From Enterobacteria phage P922, in the sequence record OR999189.1: 64,000 nt of DNA; one strand, 5' to 3'. Positions 20,451 to 30,997 of this stretch are shown piece after piece. A program made the translations under genes and the position numbers. Each line of letters starts with the position of its first letter. Positions within the stretch are counted from its first letter, which is position 1. The notes below the pieces were generated by a model, which was not told the DNA's origin, searched no databases, and saw nothing but the letters and a program-made list of their open reading frames with translations.

Positions 20451-22223
20451 TTAATTAACTCCAGTCGCATCAAATACACCGGGAGCAGTCGTGCTCGTTA
20501 CGGGTGTCATATTATGAACGACAGTATTTTTCTTAATAACATTATTAGTATTATTGATCGAAGGAGATGCTTGTTGAGCAGGAGCTTGCTGTGCTTTGTT
20601 CTTTTCTATTACCTGGACTTGTTTTGCTTCTGGCGATTTAGCAGAAGTTTCAGGTTTGGCATTAGGCTGATTTTTCTTGAGCTCTTGATAAGTAGCGTCA
20701 ATTTTAGAAAATCTAGCAGCAAGTTCTTTTTTAACTGCCGGTGAATTATTTAAATCCGGGTCATCCATCCGTTTTTTAAGGTCTTCATAGGCAGCTTCAA
20801 CTGATTTAACTGTTGAGTCTTTACTCATATCAGCTGAATCAGCATATTTTTCAAAGCGAATCATTGCGGCACGGGCTTCATTAGCCTTCATTAAAGCATT
20901 TTTTCTTTCTTCAGGTGAAAGTTGCTTTAATTTTTCTTCTTCTGCTGCACGTTCTTCGTCAGTAGTTAGTGCTTCTTTATTATCAACCCCACGAATCCAG
21001 TTAGATGCACGAGTTTTCCAATTAGCAATTTTGTCTAGTCCTTCTGCTATCGGACCAAGGTCTCCATTCATTCGTTTATCTTGATAATTCGCAACTTTTT
21101 CCTGGTCTTCTTTATTGAGAGATGCTCCAGTAGAATTTTGGAAATTTTCTAGTGCTCTTCCTTCTACTTCATCAGCAGTATCCTTCATACCAGGAATAAC
21201 TCGAAGAATTGCAGCAGATAATTTAGCCATTCCAAGCTGAATAAGTTCTCCTAAATTATAAAGAACTTTTCCAAGCCCTTCTACAATAGCTACCGTCAAA
21301 CCGCCCCAATCTCCCGCTTCCCAGAATTTTTTAATTTCATCAATAGAACTAAAGATGCTCTGTAATAAAGGACCCCATGTTCCGGTTTCGCTAGAGAATT
21401 TAGTAAAGTCTGCACTAAACAAATCCCAAGCCTGCGAAAATTTATCTGACCAATATTTAAAGTGAACCATCAGCAGATCTATTCCAACAACAACAGCCAA
21501 TATCATTGCAGTCATTTTAGCGGCTTCAATAGCAGCACTGACAGTATACTTAAATAACATGCTTGATATTTTATCAGTAATTGAAATAGATTTCTTAAAT
21601 CCAAAATCAACAGTCTTCGTTAATTTATCTAAAGCTTGAGATAATTTTAAGTTAAATGCGTCTTTTTTCTGTTTTTCTTCTGGCGATTCTTGTTTAGGTT
21701 CAACTGGCTGAGGGGTAGGGAAAAAATCAGCATCAGGATCATTATTAACTGCTTCAGGAGCTGGTAATAAAGGACCAACAGATTCAGCTGTATCATCCTC
21801 AACGACTTTAACAGGAATAGCGCTTTCAACAGTGGCTAAACTGGTTCCTGTTTGTTGAATTCCAGCTGTCTGAATTTTTTGCTCTAATAAACTCGTTAAT
21901 TTATCTAATTTACTCCCGAGCGATTCACCGATTTCTTTATTAATATTGTTGCCAATTTCGACAGTTTCAGCAATTAACTCAGAACCAGCAGTATTATCAC
22001 TCACTGCGTTTTCGACGTTGTCAATTGCTCCAATTATTTCATTCGATTTTTCTTCGACAGTTTGAGCAATTAATTCAGAAGCAGCTTGAGCATCATCCAA
22101 TTTCGTAGATATATCGTTAAGTCCAGATAAAGTATTGGAAGCGGATTTAGCCGCTTCCTGTGTTGGTTTATTATCTGAAATAACTTTTCTACGCATCGTT
22201 TGCATTTCTTGTGGCTTTTTCAT
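20451..22223 (-). CDS. 29: Tail tape-measure / baseplate hub protein gp29, 590 aa
   Basis: Length and synteny match T4 gp29. Confidence 0.9.
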   Translation of the reverse strand: MKKPQEMQTMRRKVISDNKPTQEAAKSASNTLSGLNDISTKLDDAQAASELIAQTVEEKSNEIIGAIDNVENAVSDNTAGSELIAETVEIGNNINKEIGESLGSKLDKLTSLLEQKIQTAGIQQTGTSLATVESAIPVKVVEDDTAESVGPLLPAPEAVNNDPDADFFPTPQPVEPKQESPEEKQKKDAFNLKLSQALDKLTKTVDFGFKKSISITDKISSMLFKYTVSAAIEAAKMTAMILAVVVGIDLLMVHFKYWSDKFSQAWDLFSADFTKFSSETGTWGPLLQSIFSSIDEIKKFWEAGDWGGLTVAIVEGLGKVLYNLGELIQLGMAKLSAAILRVIPGMKDTADEVEGRALENFQNSTGASLNKEDQEKVANYQDKRMNGDLGPIAEGLDKIANWKTRASNWIRGVDNKEALTTDEERAAEEEKLKQLSPEERKNALMKANEARAAMIRFEKYADSADMSKDSTVKSVEAAYEDLKKRMDDPDLNNSPAVKKELAARFSKIDATYQELKKNQPNAKPETSAKSPEAKQVQVIEKNKAQQAPAQQASPSINNTNNVIKKNTVVHNMTPVTSTTAPGVFDATGVN

Positions 22224-22753
22224 TCAAATAATCCAATAATATTGCCAATTCCGGTTATTGGACCATTAGGGCCAGGAATTGCTAAAGTTGTAAAAATGTC
22301 ATTTGCCCATTTTAAAACGAATGCTGGCATCTCAAGAAAATTAATTTCTTTAACTTCATCATTGATCTTAAGCAAGCATTTGGATAACATATCGCTCACA
22401 GTTAAAAATTGTTCAAATTTTCCAGGAGGTCTAAAATAAAATGTATTTCCTTGGTATTGAAATTCCAATCTTTGACATACATAAACATCATTAATGTCAT
22501 AAGTATAACCATCTATTTCTTTACGAGATTTAATTTTTCCATTAAATTCCAATAAATGAATAGAAACGAAATCAACTTCTGCCGGTGATAAATTCGGACA
22601 AATAGAATCAATAAGAAGTTTTAAATTTTCATCAGGACCTTTAACATCTTTTAAAATGTTATAATGTTTAAGACCCATTTTAGGAATAGAAACTTCTTTA
22701 TTGCTTATTGGAAGAACTACTTTCTTCAGTGGTAGTATCAGATTTAAATTCAT
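22220..22753 (-). CDS. 28: Baseplate hub distal subunit gp28, 177 aa
   Basis: Length and synteny; start overlaps gp27 3' end. Confidence 0.85.
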   Translation of the reverse strand: MNLNLILPLKKVVLPISNKEVSIPKMGLKHYNILKDVKGPDENLKLLIDSICPNLSPAEVDFVSIHLLEFNGKIKSRKEIDGYTYDINDVYVCQRLEFQYQGNTFYFRPPGKFEQFLTVSDMLSKCLLKINDEVKEINFLEMPAFVLKWANDIFTTLAIPGPNGPITGIGNIIGLFE

Positions 22754-23873
22754 TTTTAACCTTAACTGGGTCTATTGTTTCCAGTTTCGTTGCATTAGTG
22801 AACATATATAGATGAGTTACTGAATTATTATTGGATAATTCATGGATGACTTCATCAACGTAAAATTCTGTTTTAAATTGGTTTTTACTATCATTAAAAA
22901 TAATTTTAACGCCAGGAGTTAAGTTAAAATTACCGACAGTAGAACATTTAGCATAGCCATCGTATTGCGCCATAGTTTGAAGACGAATAGCTTCTTCATA
23001 TCCATTCCTATAAGTCATTTCAGAATAAGCACCTGACCTTGACACTACAATAGAGTTTTCGCCCTTTCCTGTAGTAATCATTGGCAATGAAGAATCTAAA
23101 AATGAATGCGCATAGATAGTAGCGTTTTTCATTGGGTCACGTTTGTGAGGATTCGATTTAGTCAACCAAACGAAATCATATGCTAATGGATATTTTAATT
23201 CTTGGATGAATTGACCTATTAAAGATGGCTCACCGACAATCATTGGATATGGTTCTTGATTTATCATCATATCATAGTCCATCATGTTAACTCCCATGAT
23301 GTCTTGCCACACAAATACAAATTTGTCACTTCCTACAGCTAGAGCAACTTCTCTGACATATGACAAATAGTTTTCAAATGTACTAGTCCATGGAATATCA
23401 GGAACATAAGCATTTATAGCATTTATCGCTGGAGTTAATAATGTGCGATCTTGATAGATGACGCCAAGCATTTCCTTTATAGATTCACCTGCATCAGGGA
23501 AAAACGGTCTGCCAAATTTAAGATTTTCTATAGAATGAATAGTTCCCAATTCAATAGCAATGATGTTATCACCCTTTGAATCTACTGACACGGAAAAATG
23601 CTTACATCCATAAATTCGTGTTTTAACATTATTAATATCGTTTGCATTAGCTACAGAAATCTGAATTATTTCATTTCCATCCATTTTTGTATGGATGTTT
23701 TTAGAATCATAAAACTGCAGCATTCCTTCATTTCGGCCATAAAGAGAATCCCGCATAGTTAATGTGGTAATAGTAGCAGCTAATTCAACAAATCTATTAT
23801 TACTCCAAGCGTCGTAGCTATCAAATAATTTAACGCTGAGATTTGGATATCCTGGGCGTTGCAACATACTCAT
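22698..23873 (-). CDS. 27: Baseplate hub subunit gp27, 391 aa
   Basis: Length and synteny match T4 gp27. Confidence 0.92.
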   Translation of the reverse strand: MSMLQRPGYPNLSVKLFDSYDAWSNNRFVELAATITTLTMRDSLYGRNEGMLQFYDSKNIHTKMDGNEIIQISVANANDINNVKTRIYGCKHFSVSVDSKGDNIIAIELGTIHSIENLKFGRPFFPDAGESIKEMLGVIYQDRTLLTPAINAINAYVPDIPWTSTFENYLSYVREVALAVGSDKFVFVWQDIMGVNMMDYDMMINQEPYPMIVGEPSLIGQFIQELKYPLAYDFVWLTKSNPHKRDPMKNATIYAHSFLDSSLPMITTGKGENSIVVSRSGAYSEMTYRNGYEEAIRLQTMAQYDGYAKCSTVGNFNLTPGVKIIFNDSKNQFKTEFYVDEVIHELSNNNSVTHLYMFTNATKLETIDPVKVKNEFKSDTTTEESSSSNKQ

Positions 23874-24622
23874 TATTGTTTATCCTTCTCAATCAGTTTT
23901 AATACGAATCCGCGCTCGGCAGGAATCATTTTCATTATTGAATTTAAGCTATAATTACTTTTTACAAGTGTGTGATTAATTTGATAAAAAGTAAATATCT
24001 CATCTGGGTTAACTAATAGCTTAAACACATCTACTATATCAGTGTATTTTTTTACATACTTGTCGCAGCAGGACATATGTAGCGTTAAATTAATAGGATT
24101 CATTGCATCAAGAATTTTTTCTAATGTTTCTATCTCGATGGCATCAACAAGTTCTATTTGACTTGATTCGCTAATTTCCTTCCAATCATACCATGTTTCA
24201 TCTACTTGAACAGAATGAATATTTTCAGTAATCATCTTTGCTTTATTTTCATAAAACTCAGAAGGAAACTTTAATTTAATTTTAACATTAGCTACATCAA
24301 AAACAGGTTCCTTTAATTCTTTTTGATATATTTCAAATGGAACTGTCTTTTCTTTTTTACATTTTGGACATACAAATGTGACCGGTACTTTAGTTTTACC
24401 TATTGACCCTACAAATACCTGCAAAAATATAAATGGTTGCCAAGTCTTCGGATAGTCTCCAAAATAATCAGCAATTAAATCAGCAATTATTTCTTTTTGT
24501 TCTTGTGGTGACCGATGTTCTATATCGTTTCGAACTAACAAAAAATCTCGATAATCTTCTACCGTAAATGGTTTAAAACGATGAACACCATCTGGTAATT
24601 TACAACGAATAATGTTTGCCAT
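23873..24622 (-). CDS. 51: Baseplate hub assembly catalyst gp51, 249 aa
   Basis: Length and synteny match T4 gp51. Confidence 0.88.
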   Translation of the reverse strand: MANIIRCKLPDGVHRFKPFTVEDYRDFLLVRNDIEHRSPQEQKEIIADLIADYFGDYPKTWQPFIFLQVFVGSIGKTKVPVTFVCPKCKKEKTVPFEIYQKELKEPVFDVANVKIKLKFPSEFYENKAKMITENIHSVQVDETWYDWKEISESSQIELVDAIEIETLEKILDAMNPINLTLHMSCCDKYVKKYTDIVDVFKLLVNPDEIFTFYQINHTLVKSNYSLNSIMKMIPAERGFVLKLIEKDKQ

Positions 24623-24639
24623 AGATGCTCCTTTTATTC

Positions 24640-24651
24640 TATTTATAAATA
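24640..24651. promoter_or_regulatory. Overlapping divergent late promoters (palindrome TATTTATAAATA) for genes 51 (-) and 26 (+)
   Basis: TATAAATA readable on both strands within one 12-bp palindrome between divergent late genes. Confidence 0.6.
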
Positions 24652-24672
24652 TGATAAATAAAGGAGCTAAAT

Positions 24673-25299
24673 ATGTATGAATACAAATTTGATGTGAGAG
24701 TTGGTTCTAAAATAATCAACTGTCGCGCATTTACTCTTAAAGAATATCTAGAACTTATTACTGCTAAAAAGAACGGTTCAGTCGAAGAGATCGTTAAAAA
24801 GCTAATCAAAGACTGTACAAATGCAAAAGATTTAAACCGCCAAGAATCAGAACTACTATTGATTCATTTATGGGCGCATTCTCTTGGAGAAGTTAATCAC
24901 GAAAACTCCTGGAAGTGCACCTGTGGAACTGAAATACCAACCCATATAAATCTATTACATACGCAAATAGATGCACCAGAAGACCTCTGGTATACACTGG
25001 GTGACATTAAAATTAAGTTCCATTACCCTAAAATTTTTGATGATAAAAATATAGCCCACATGATAGTATCGTGTATAGAAACGATTCATGCTAACGGGGA
25101 AAGCATTCCAATTGAAGACTTAAATGAAAAAGAGTTGGAAGATTTATATTCTATCATCACAGAGTCAGATATTGTAGCTATAAAAGATATGCTTTTAAAG
25201 CCTACTGTTTATTTGGCTGTTCCAATTAAGTGTCCAGAGTGTGGAAAAACTCACGCTCATGTAATAAGAGGACTCAAAGAATTCTTTGAGCTATTGTAA
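24673..25299 (+). CDS. 26: Baseplate hub subunit gp26, 208 aa
   Basis: Length and divergent arrangement with 51 as in T4. Confidence 0.88.
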   Translation: MYEYKFDVRVGSKIINCRAFTLKEYLELITAKKNGSVEEIVKKLIKDCTNAKDLNRQESELLLIHLWAHSLGEVNHENSWKCTCGTEIPTHINLLHTQIDAPEDLWYTLGDIKIKFHYPKIFDDKNIAHMIVSCIETIHANGESIPIEDLNEKELEDLYSIITESDIVAIKDMLLKPTVYLAVPIKCPECGKTHAHVIRGLKEFFELL

Positions 25300-25697
25300 T
25301 GGCAAATATTAATAAGCTTTATTCTGACATTGACCCAGAAATGAAAATGGATTGGGACAAAGACGTTTCCAGATCTCTTGGATTAAGGTCAATTAAAAAT
25401 AGTCTTTTAGGAATTATTACAACCAGGAAAGGGTCAAGGCCATTTGACCCAGAATTTGGATGCGATTTATCTGATCAGCTTTTTGAGAATATGACTCCTC
25501 TTACTGCTGATACAGTTGAGCGTAACATTGAAAGCGCAGTAAGAAACTATGAGCCACGTATTGATAAATTAGCAGTTAATGTAATACCAGTTTATGATGA
25601 TTATACTCTTATAGTAGAAATACGCTTTTCGGTCATCGATAACCCTGATGATATTGAGCAGATAAAACTGCAACTGGCTTCTAGTAATAGAGTATAA
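25299..25697 (+). CDS. 25: Baseplate wedge protein gp25, 132 aa
   Basis: Length 132 aa and synteny. Confidence 0.9.
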   Translation: MANINKLYSDIDPEMKMDWDKDVSRSLGLRSIKNSLLGIITTRKGSRPFDPEFGCDLSDQLFENMTPLTADTVERNIESAVRNYEPRIDKLAVNVIPVYDDYTLIVEIRFSVIDNPDDIEQIKLQLASSNRV

Positions 25698-25700
25698 TGC

Positions 25701-25735
25701 TTCACGTGTAAACGTGGTATAATGAATCTAAGTCC
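25701..25735 (+). promoter_or_regulatory. MotA-dependent middle promoter of uvsY; corresponds to the ori(uvsY)/oriF promoter region of T4
   Basis: MotA box TGCTTCA followed 13 bp later by TATAAT; T4 ori(uvsY) is known to consist of this middle promoter plus downstream unwinding region. Confidence 0.55.
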
Positions 25736-25763
25736 ATCCAATAACAATTGAATAGAGAACAAT

Positions 25764-26177
25764 ATGAAATTAGAAGATCTTCAAGAAGAATTGAAGAAAG
25801 ATGTGTTTATAGATTCGACTAAATTACAGTATGAAGCAGCTAATAATGTGATGTTATATAGTAAATGGCTTAATAAGCATTCAAGTATTAAAAAGGAAAT
25901 GCTTAGAATTGAAGCACAGAAAAAAGTTGCTCTTAAAGCTAAATTAGACTACTACTCGGGACGAGGAGATGGTGATGAATTTAGTATGGATCGTTATGAA
26001 AAATCAGAAATGAAGACAGTTCTATCAGCTGATAAGGACGTTTTAAAAGTTGATACTTCATTGCAATATTGGGGAATTTTATTAGATTTCTGTAGCGGAG
26101 CTCTTGATGCTATTAAATCACGTGGATTTGCTATTAAGCATATTCAAGACATGCGAGCATTTGAGGCTGGAAAATAA
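25764..26177 (+). CDS. uvsY: UvsY recombination mediator, 137 aa
   Basis: Length 137 aa, synteny and strong match to recalled UvsY. Confidence 0.93.
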   Translation: MKLEDLQEELKKDVFIDSTKLQYEAANNVMLYSKWLNKHSSIKKEMLRIEAQKKVALKAKLDYYSGRGDGDEFSMDRYEKSEMKTVLSADKDVLKVDTSLQYWGILLDFCSGALDAIKSRGFAIKHIQDMRAFEAGK

Positions 26178-26401
26178 TGAAATATAGCATTGATGATGCT
26201 TTTAATTATGAAGAAGAATTCGAAACGGAAATTCAATTCTTAATGAAAAAGTATAATCTCAAGCGTCAGGATATTCGTATCCTGGCTGACCACCCATGCG
26301 GTGAAGATGTACTTTACATTAAAGGAAAATTTGCCGGATATCTTGATGAATATTTTTATTCTAAAGATATGGGCATTGATATGCATATGAGAGTTATATA
26401 A
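26177..26401 (+). CDS. Hypothetical protein, 74 aa (T4 uvsY.-1 position)
   Basis: ORF with ATGA overlap to uvsY. Confidence 0.6.
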   Translation: MKYSIDDAFNYEEEFETEIQFLMKKYNLKRQDIRILADHPCGEDVLYIKGKFAGYLDEYFYSKDMGIDMHMRVI

Positions 26402-26429
26402 ATAGATATATAATTTAGAGGAGACAATC

Positions 26430-26597
26430 ATGTCAGATAAGATTTGTGTTGTCTGTAAAACTCCAATCGATTCTGCATTGGTTGTTGAAACAGACAAAGG
26501 TCCTGTACATCCTGGGCCTTGCTATAATTACATTAAAGAACTACCAGTTTCAGAAAGTTCGGAAGAACAATTAAATGAAACACAACTTTTGCTATAG
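26430..26597 (+). CDS. Small Cys-containing protein, 55 aa (T4 uvsY.-2 position), not in ORF track (<60 aa)
   Basis: ATG 26430 with SD AGAGGAG; translation MSDKICVVCKTPIDSALVVETDKGPVHPGPCYNY... Confidence 0.45.
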   Translation: MSDKICVVCKTPIDSALVVETDKGPVHPGPCYNYIKELPVSESSEEQLNETQLLL

Positions 26598-26619
26598 TGT
26601 GACCTTTAGTCTATAGTTT

Positions 26620-26650
26620 TGGCCCTTCCTTTTTGGTTGGGCCTTTTTTT
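26620..26650. terminator. Hairpin plus T-runs between convergent transcription units
   Basis: GGCCC...GGGCC stem flanked by T-rich tracts on both sides. Confidence 0.5.
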
Positions 26651-26653
26651 AAT

Positions 26654-26884
26654 TTAAAAGCTTTCTTCTACTTCATCGTCTGAATCTTCTAATTCAGCTC
26701 TTTTTCCTGCCAAAGCATCTCTAACTGAGATGTCATCAGTATCTTTTAATTCAGTTTCTTTAACTCTTTTCTTATAATAAGCTTCAAGTTCTTCTAAACC
26801 TTCTAATGTTTGGCATGATGCAATTTTACCCATAAATTCATCAATAGAAGCTTCATAAAGAAATTGTTTAAATTCTAGTAACAT
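26654..26884 (-). CDS. uvsW.1: UvsW.1 small protein (76 aa from ATG; ORF track gives an 80-aa non-ATG extension)
   Basis: Position immediately downstream of uvsW, separated by hairpin; first ATG gives 76 aa. Confidence 0.7.
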   Translation of the reverse strand: MLLEFKQFLYEASIDEFMGKIASCQTLEGLEELEAYYKKRVKETELKDTDDISVRDALAGKRAELEDSDDEVEESF

Positions 26885-26909
26885 CTTTTTCTCCAAAGGG
26901 CCGAAGCCC

Positions 26910-28418
26910 TTATAAATTAACTGTTTTCATTACGTAATTAAATTTTTCATCTGCGTAGCGCTGAATACGATCAATGCCGTGTTTTAAAAGATAGTTCAAA
27001 TGAACATATTTCTTTTTCGTATTAGCAGATTTTGGCTTAACACCGCAATCATCAATGAGGTCCCAGACCGTTGCGATTGTTTTAGAACCATGCTTACGTA
27101 ATACACGACCTATTGTTTGCAATACAATAATTTTAGATTTAACGCCGTGCGCTAAAACAACGTGATGCAGATTTTTAACTGAAATACCAGTAGAAAATAC
27201 ACCATAACTAGCTACTATAATTATTCCTTTACCGTTTTCAGCTAAGGTTTTCATTACATTGCGTGTTTCAGTATCAACTTCCCCTGATACGTAATAAACT
27301 TTATCGTATTCATTTTTAATTAAATCGAAAATAGCTTTACCATGTGATACATGTTTAAACATGACAAAAGCGTTTTCATCTTTTTGCGCAAGTTTAATAG
27401 CTAATTTAGCGATCCATTTATTTCTTTTACTGAGCCCAGTAATAATTTTTATTTCTTCTTGGTAAGTTTTTCCCTTTAATTTAGTAGTGAACTCATCGGG
27501 ATAACGAAGAAAAATACTATTAATTTTTAACTCAGTTACTTGTCCATCTTCCATTAATTTAGAAGTCGTTACTGGCTTAAATATTTCACCAAACATTCCA
27601 ACATACTGCATGATATTGGCTTTGCCATCACGTAATGAACCAGACAAACCGAATTTGAACATGCAGTTATTTAAACCTGATATGATAGATGAAATACTTT
27701 TTCCTGTAGCAAGATGGCATTCATCATTCATCATCATTCCAAACTGTGAGAACCATTCTTTTGGTTGTTTTACTACAGTTTGCCATGTACCAACAATTAC
27801 CGGTGCATCATTTTTATATTTATCATCTTTTGATGCTCCGCCGCCAATTTTCTTTATCATTGCATGACTGAATAAACGATAATCAACAAAGTCATCAGCC
27901 ATCTGAGTTGTCAGAGCAGTTGTTGGAACAATGATAAGAATTTTACCTTCATAATTTTCCAAATAATAACGTGCAAGCAAAGCTTGAATTAAAGATTTAC
28001 CTGCGGATGTTGGAAGATTAAGAATTCTACGACGATTAACTAATCCTTCGAACACTGCATCTTTTTGATACCAGTGTGGTTCAATTCTTTTATTTCCTGA
28101 ATAGATTTCTAATTTAGAAAGCCATTCATCAAAATCTTTTCTTGATAATTCTTCTTTTTCGTTAATCTGTGGGTCAATCCAAGCTTTATAGCCAAAGTTA
28201 TCACAGAACTTTTTAATTTGCCCGACTAAGCCGAATGGAAGAAGGCGATTATAATCTAAAAGACGGATTCGTCCATCCCAGTTGCCATATCTGAAGCGAG
28301 GATTAAACCTATATCCATCGGCCTCAAACGAAAAGAAATCTCTTAATTCGTGGAACGTGCTCTCTTCACAATCGATGCGTACATGACTGAAGTCGTGAAA
28401 ATGTACTTTAATATCCAT
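26910..28418 (-). CDS. uvsW: UvsW DNA/RNA helicase, 502 aa
   Basis: Helicase motifs (PTSAGKS Walker A; DECH box) and T4-matching length. Confidence 0.93.
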   Translation of the reverse strand: MDIKVHFHDFSHVRIDCEESTFHELRDFFSFEADGYRFNPRFRYGNWDGRIRLLDYNRLLPFGLVGQIKKFCDNFGYKAWIDPQINEKEELSRKDFDEWLSKLEIYSGNKRIEPHWYQKDAVFEGLVNRRRILNLPTSAGKSLIQALLARYYLENYEGKILIIVPTTALTTQMADDFVDYRLFSHAMIKKIGGGASKDDKYKNDAPVIVGTWQTVVKQPKEWFSQFGMMMNDECHLATGKSISSIISGLNNCMFKFGLSGSLRDGKANIMQYVGMFGEIFKPVTTSKLMEDGQVTELKINSIFLRYPDEFTTKLKGKTYQEEIKIITGLSKRNKWIAKLAIKLAQKDENAFVMFKHVSHGKAIFDLIKNEYDKVYYVSGEVDTETRNVMKTLAENGKGIIIVASYGVFSTGISVKNLHHVVLAHGVKSKIIVLQTIGRVLRKHGSKTIATVWDLIDDCGVKPKSANTKKKYVHLNYLLKHGIDRIQRYADEKFNYVMKTVNL

Positions 28419-28420
28419 AA

Positions 28421-29038
28421 TTATGCCTTACTAAATTTGCCTTTAGAATCTCTTTTCATGAGACGACCTTTAATAAATCCGTCGGGAATAATACCGTCTG
28501 GTTGTATTAATTTATTTATTGCGCCATTATTGACCCAAAAAGTTCCTGTTGTAGTCGGTTTGACTTTACATCCTTTTCTGGACTTTCTATTAGGATGAAC
28601 CATCCCTTTTACAAATCCTTCTGGAACAAGTTCTCCAGGCTTAATAAAAATATTTTTAGTTCCATTAGTGTAACAAGTTGTACCTAATACCGTGCCCGGT
28701 GAGTTTTCAAATCTCTTAGCGGAAGATTCTTTCATCTTTGCTATAACCTCTGTAGTCATAACAATTCCACCAATTCCACCAGGTTTCATATTATAATAAT
28801 TTTTGCTTTTTATTAGTTCAGGAGTTATAATTTCTTCTTCATACATGTACGCTTCTTCGGAAGTTTTAAACTCTTTTAGTATTTTTCTAGAGAAATTGTT
28901 TTCACCATATTTCTTTATAGCCTGCTGAATTGCCTTACCGGAACCAATGTAGCCATCATTCAGGTCGTCAGTAGAGTGCTTTCCTATATACTTTTTACCA
29001 TTTATTAGATTTGTTGTTTCATATACAAAGTGGTACAT
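28421..29038 (-). CDS. segE: GIY-YIG free-standing homing endonuclease (seg family, SegE-like by position), 205 aa
   Basis: N-terminal GIY-YIG module YHFVYETTNLINGKKYIGKH; located between uvsW and inh where T4 carries segE. Confidence 0.75.
   Translation of the reverse strand: MYHFVYETTNLINGKKYIGKHSTDDLNDGYIGSGKAIQQAIKKYGENNFSRKILKEFKTSEEAYMYEEEIITPELIKSKNYYNMKPGGIGGIVMTTEVIAKMKESSAKRFENSPGTVLGTTCYTNGTKNIFIKPGELVPEGFVKGMVHPNRKSRKGCKVKPTTTGTFWVNNGAINKLIQPDGIIPDGFIKGRLMKRDSKGKFSKA
28421..29038 (-). mobile_element. Free-standing homing endonuclease gene (GIY-YIG)
   Basis: Same ORF as above; such genes are mobile in T-even phages. Confidence 0.6.
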
Positions 29039-29087
29039 ACTATTTTCCGAGTAATAAATATATCTATATTTATACTGAGGAAATATT

Positions 29088-29768
29088 ATGATAGATAAAG
29101 ATTATATTGCAGAGCTGAAGGCTCTTGATGATAATAAAGAAGCTAAGGCTAAATTAGCTGAATATGCTGAACAGTTTGGTATAAAGGTCAAAAAGAATAA
29201 ATCTTTTGATAATATTGTTATTGATATTGAAGAAGCCCTCCAGAAGCTCGCTAGTGAACCTATGCCAGAGACTGATGGGTTATCTATTAAAGACTTAATT
29301 GATGCTGCTGATGCTGCAGAGGGATTAAAATATGACGATGAAGAGGTCAATCCAGAAGCAGCACTTCTGATTGATTCTCCGGTTAAATCTGATATTAAAA
29401 TTGAAGTAGTCGAAACGGATAAAATTCCTGAAAATACCGATGTTTTGATTGAAGATACTCCTTTTGTTGAAGAAAAATTTGAGCAGGCTGTAGCTGAGAT
29501 TATTGAATCTGAAAAGCCGTCTGTATTTACTCTTCCGGAAAACTTTAGTCCGAATCTTCAGCTGATTGGAAAAAATCCAGGATTCTACACTGTTCCTTGG
29601 TGGATTTACCAGTGGATTGCTGAAACTCCGGATTGGAAATCTCACCCAACTAGTTTTGAACACGCGTCAGCACACCAAACTTTATTTAGCTTAATTTACT
29701 ACATTAACCGTGACGGATCAGTTTTAATTCGTGAAACACGCAACTCTTCTTTCGTAACATTAAAATAA
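29088..29768 (+). CDS. inh: Inh, inhibitor of prohead protease, 226 aa
   Basis: Size and position upstream of hoc as in T4. Confidence 0.8.
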   Translation: MIDKDYIAELKALDDNKEAKAKLAEYAEQFGIKVKKNKSFDNIVIDIEEALQKLASEPMPETDGLSIKDLIDAADAAEGLKYDDEEVNPEAALLIDSPVKSDIKIEVVETDKIPENTDVLIEDTPFVEEKFEQAVAEIIESEKPSVFTLPENFSPNLQLIGKNPGFYTVPWWIYQWIAETPDWKSHPTSFEHASAHQTLFSLIYYINRDGSVLIRETRNSSFVTLK

Positions 29769-29777
29769 GGATAACTT

Positions 29778-30908
29778 ATGGCTTTTACAGTTGATATAAC
29801 TCCTAAAACACCAACAGGGGTTATTGATGAAACCAAGCAGTTTACTGCTACACCCAGTGGTGAAACTGGAGGTGGAACTATTACCTATGCTTGGAGCGTA
29901 GATAATGCTCCCCAAGAAGGATCAGCAGCAACTTTTGATTATGTATTAAAAGGACCTGCTGGTCAAAAGACTATTAAGGTAGTTGCAACAAATACTATTC
30001 CTGATTCTGAAGCTGAAACAGCTGAAATTAGTACAACTATCACAGTTCAAAATAAGACACAGACAACTACCTTAGCTGTAACTCCTAATAGTCCTCCAGA
30101 AGGAGTAATCGGAACAGCCGTTGAATTTACTGCTGCCTTAGCTTCACAGCCATCGGGCGCATCCGCTACGTATCAATGGTACGTTGACGGTTCTCCTGTG
30201 GGCGAAGCAACTTCTGCTGCATTCAATTATACTCCTACTACAAGCGGAGTTAAAAAAATTAAATGCGTAGCCCAAGTAACTGCAGAAAATTATAATGAAA
30301 AGGAAGTTACTTCCAATGAAGTATCATTGACAGTTAATAAGAAGACAATGAATCCACAGGTTACATTGACTCCTCCTTCTATTAATGTTCAGCAAGATGC
30401 TTCGGCTACATTTACTGCTAATGTTACTGGCGCACCTGAAGCAGCACAAATTACTTACTCATGGAAGAAAGATTCTTCTCCTGTAGAAGGGTCAACTAAT
30501 GTATACACCGTTGATACATCATCTATTGGAAGTCAAACTATTGAAGTTACTGCAACTGTTACTGCCACTGATTATGATAGCAAAACTATTACAGCAGAAG
30601 GTCAAGTTCAGGTAACTGATAAAGTTGCTCCGGAACCAGAAGGTGAATTGCCTTATGTTCATCCTCTTCCACATCGTACTTCAGCTTATATCTGGTGCGG
30701 TTGGTGGGTTATGGATGAAATCCAAAAAATGACTGAAGAAGGTAAAGATTGGAAAACTGACGACCCAGATAGTAAGTACTACTTGCATCGTTACACTCTT
30801 CAAAAGATGATGAAAGACTATCCAGAAGTTGATGTTCAAGAATCGCGCAATGGATACATCATTCATAAAACTGCTTTAGAAACTGGTATCATCTATACCT
30901 ATCCATAA
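29778..30908 (+). CDS. hoc: Hoc, highly immunogenic outer capsid protein, 376 aa
   Basis: Length 376 aa; repeated Thr/Ser-rich Ig-like segments; synteny. Confidence 0.92.
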   Translation: MAFTVDITPKTPTGVIDETKQFTATPSGETGGGTITYAWSVDNAPQEGSAATFDYVLKGPAGQKTIKVVATNTIPDSEAETAEISTTITVQNKTQTTTLAVTPNSPPEGVIGTAVEFTAALASQPSGASATYQWYVDGSPVGEATSAAFNYTPTTSGVKKIKCVAQVTAENYNEKEVTSNEVSLTVNKKTMNPQVTLTPPSINVQQDASATFTANVTGAPEAAQITYSWKKDSSPVEGSTNVYTVDTSSIGSQTIEVTATVTATDYDSKTITAEGQVQVTDKVAPEPEGELPYVHPLPHRTSAYIWCGWWVMDEIQKMTEEGKDWKTDDPDSKYYLHRYTLQKMMKDYPEVDVQESRNGYIIHKTALETGIIYTYP

Positions 30909-30935
30909 TCATAAGGGGCTTCGGCCCCTTTCTTC
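30909..30935 (+). terminator. Hairpin terminator after hoc
   Basis: AGGGGC-TTCG-GCCCCT followed by TTTCTTCATTTT. Confidence 0.6.
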
Positions 30936-30997
30936 ATTTTGAAAGCACACAAAACACAATCAGAAAACGATGTATATAATGGCACCAACTCGATAAC

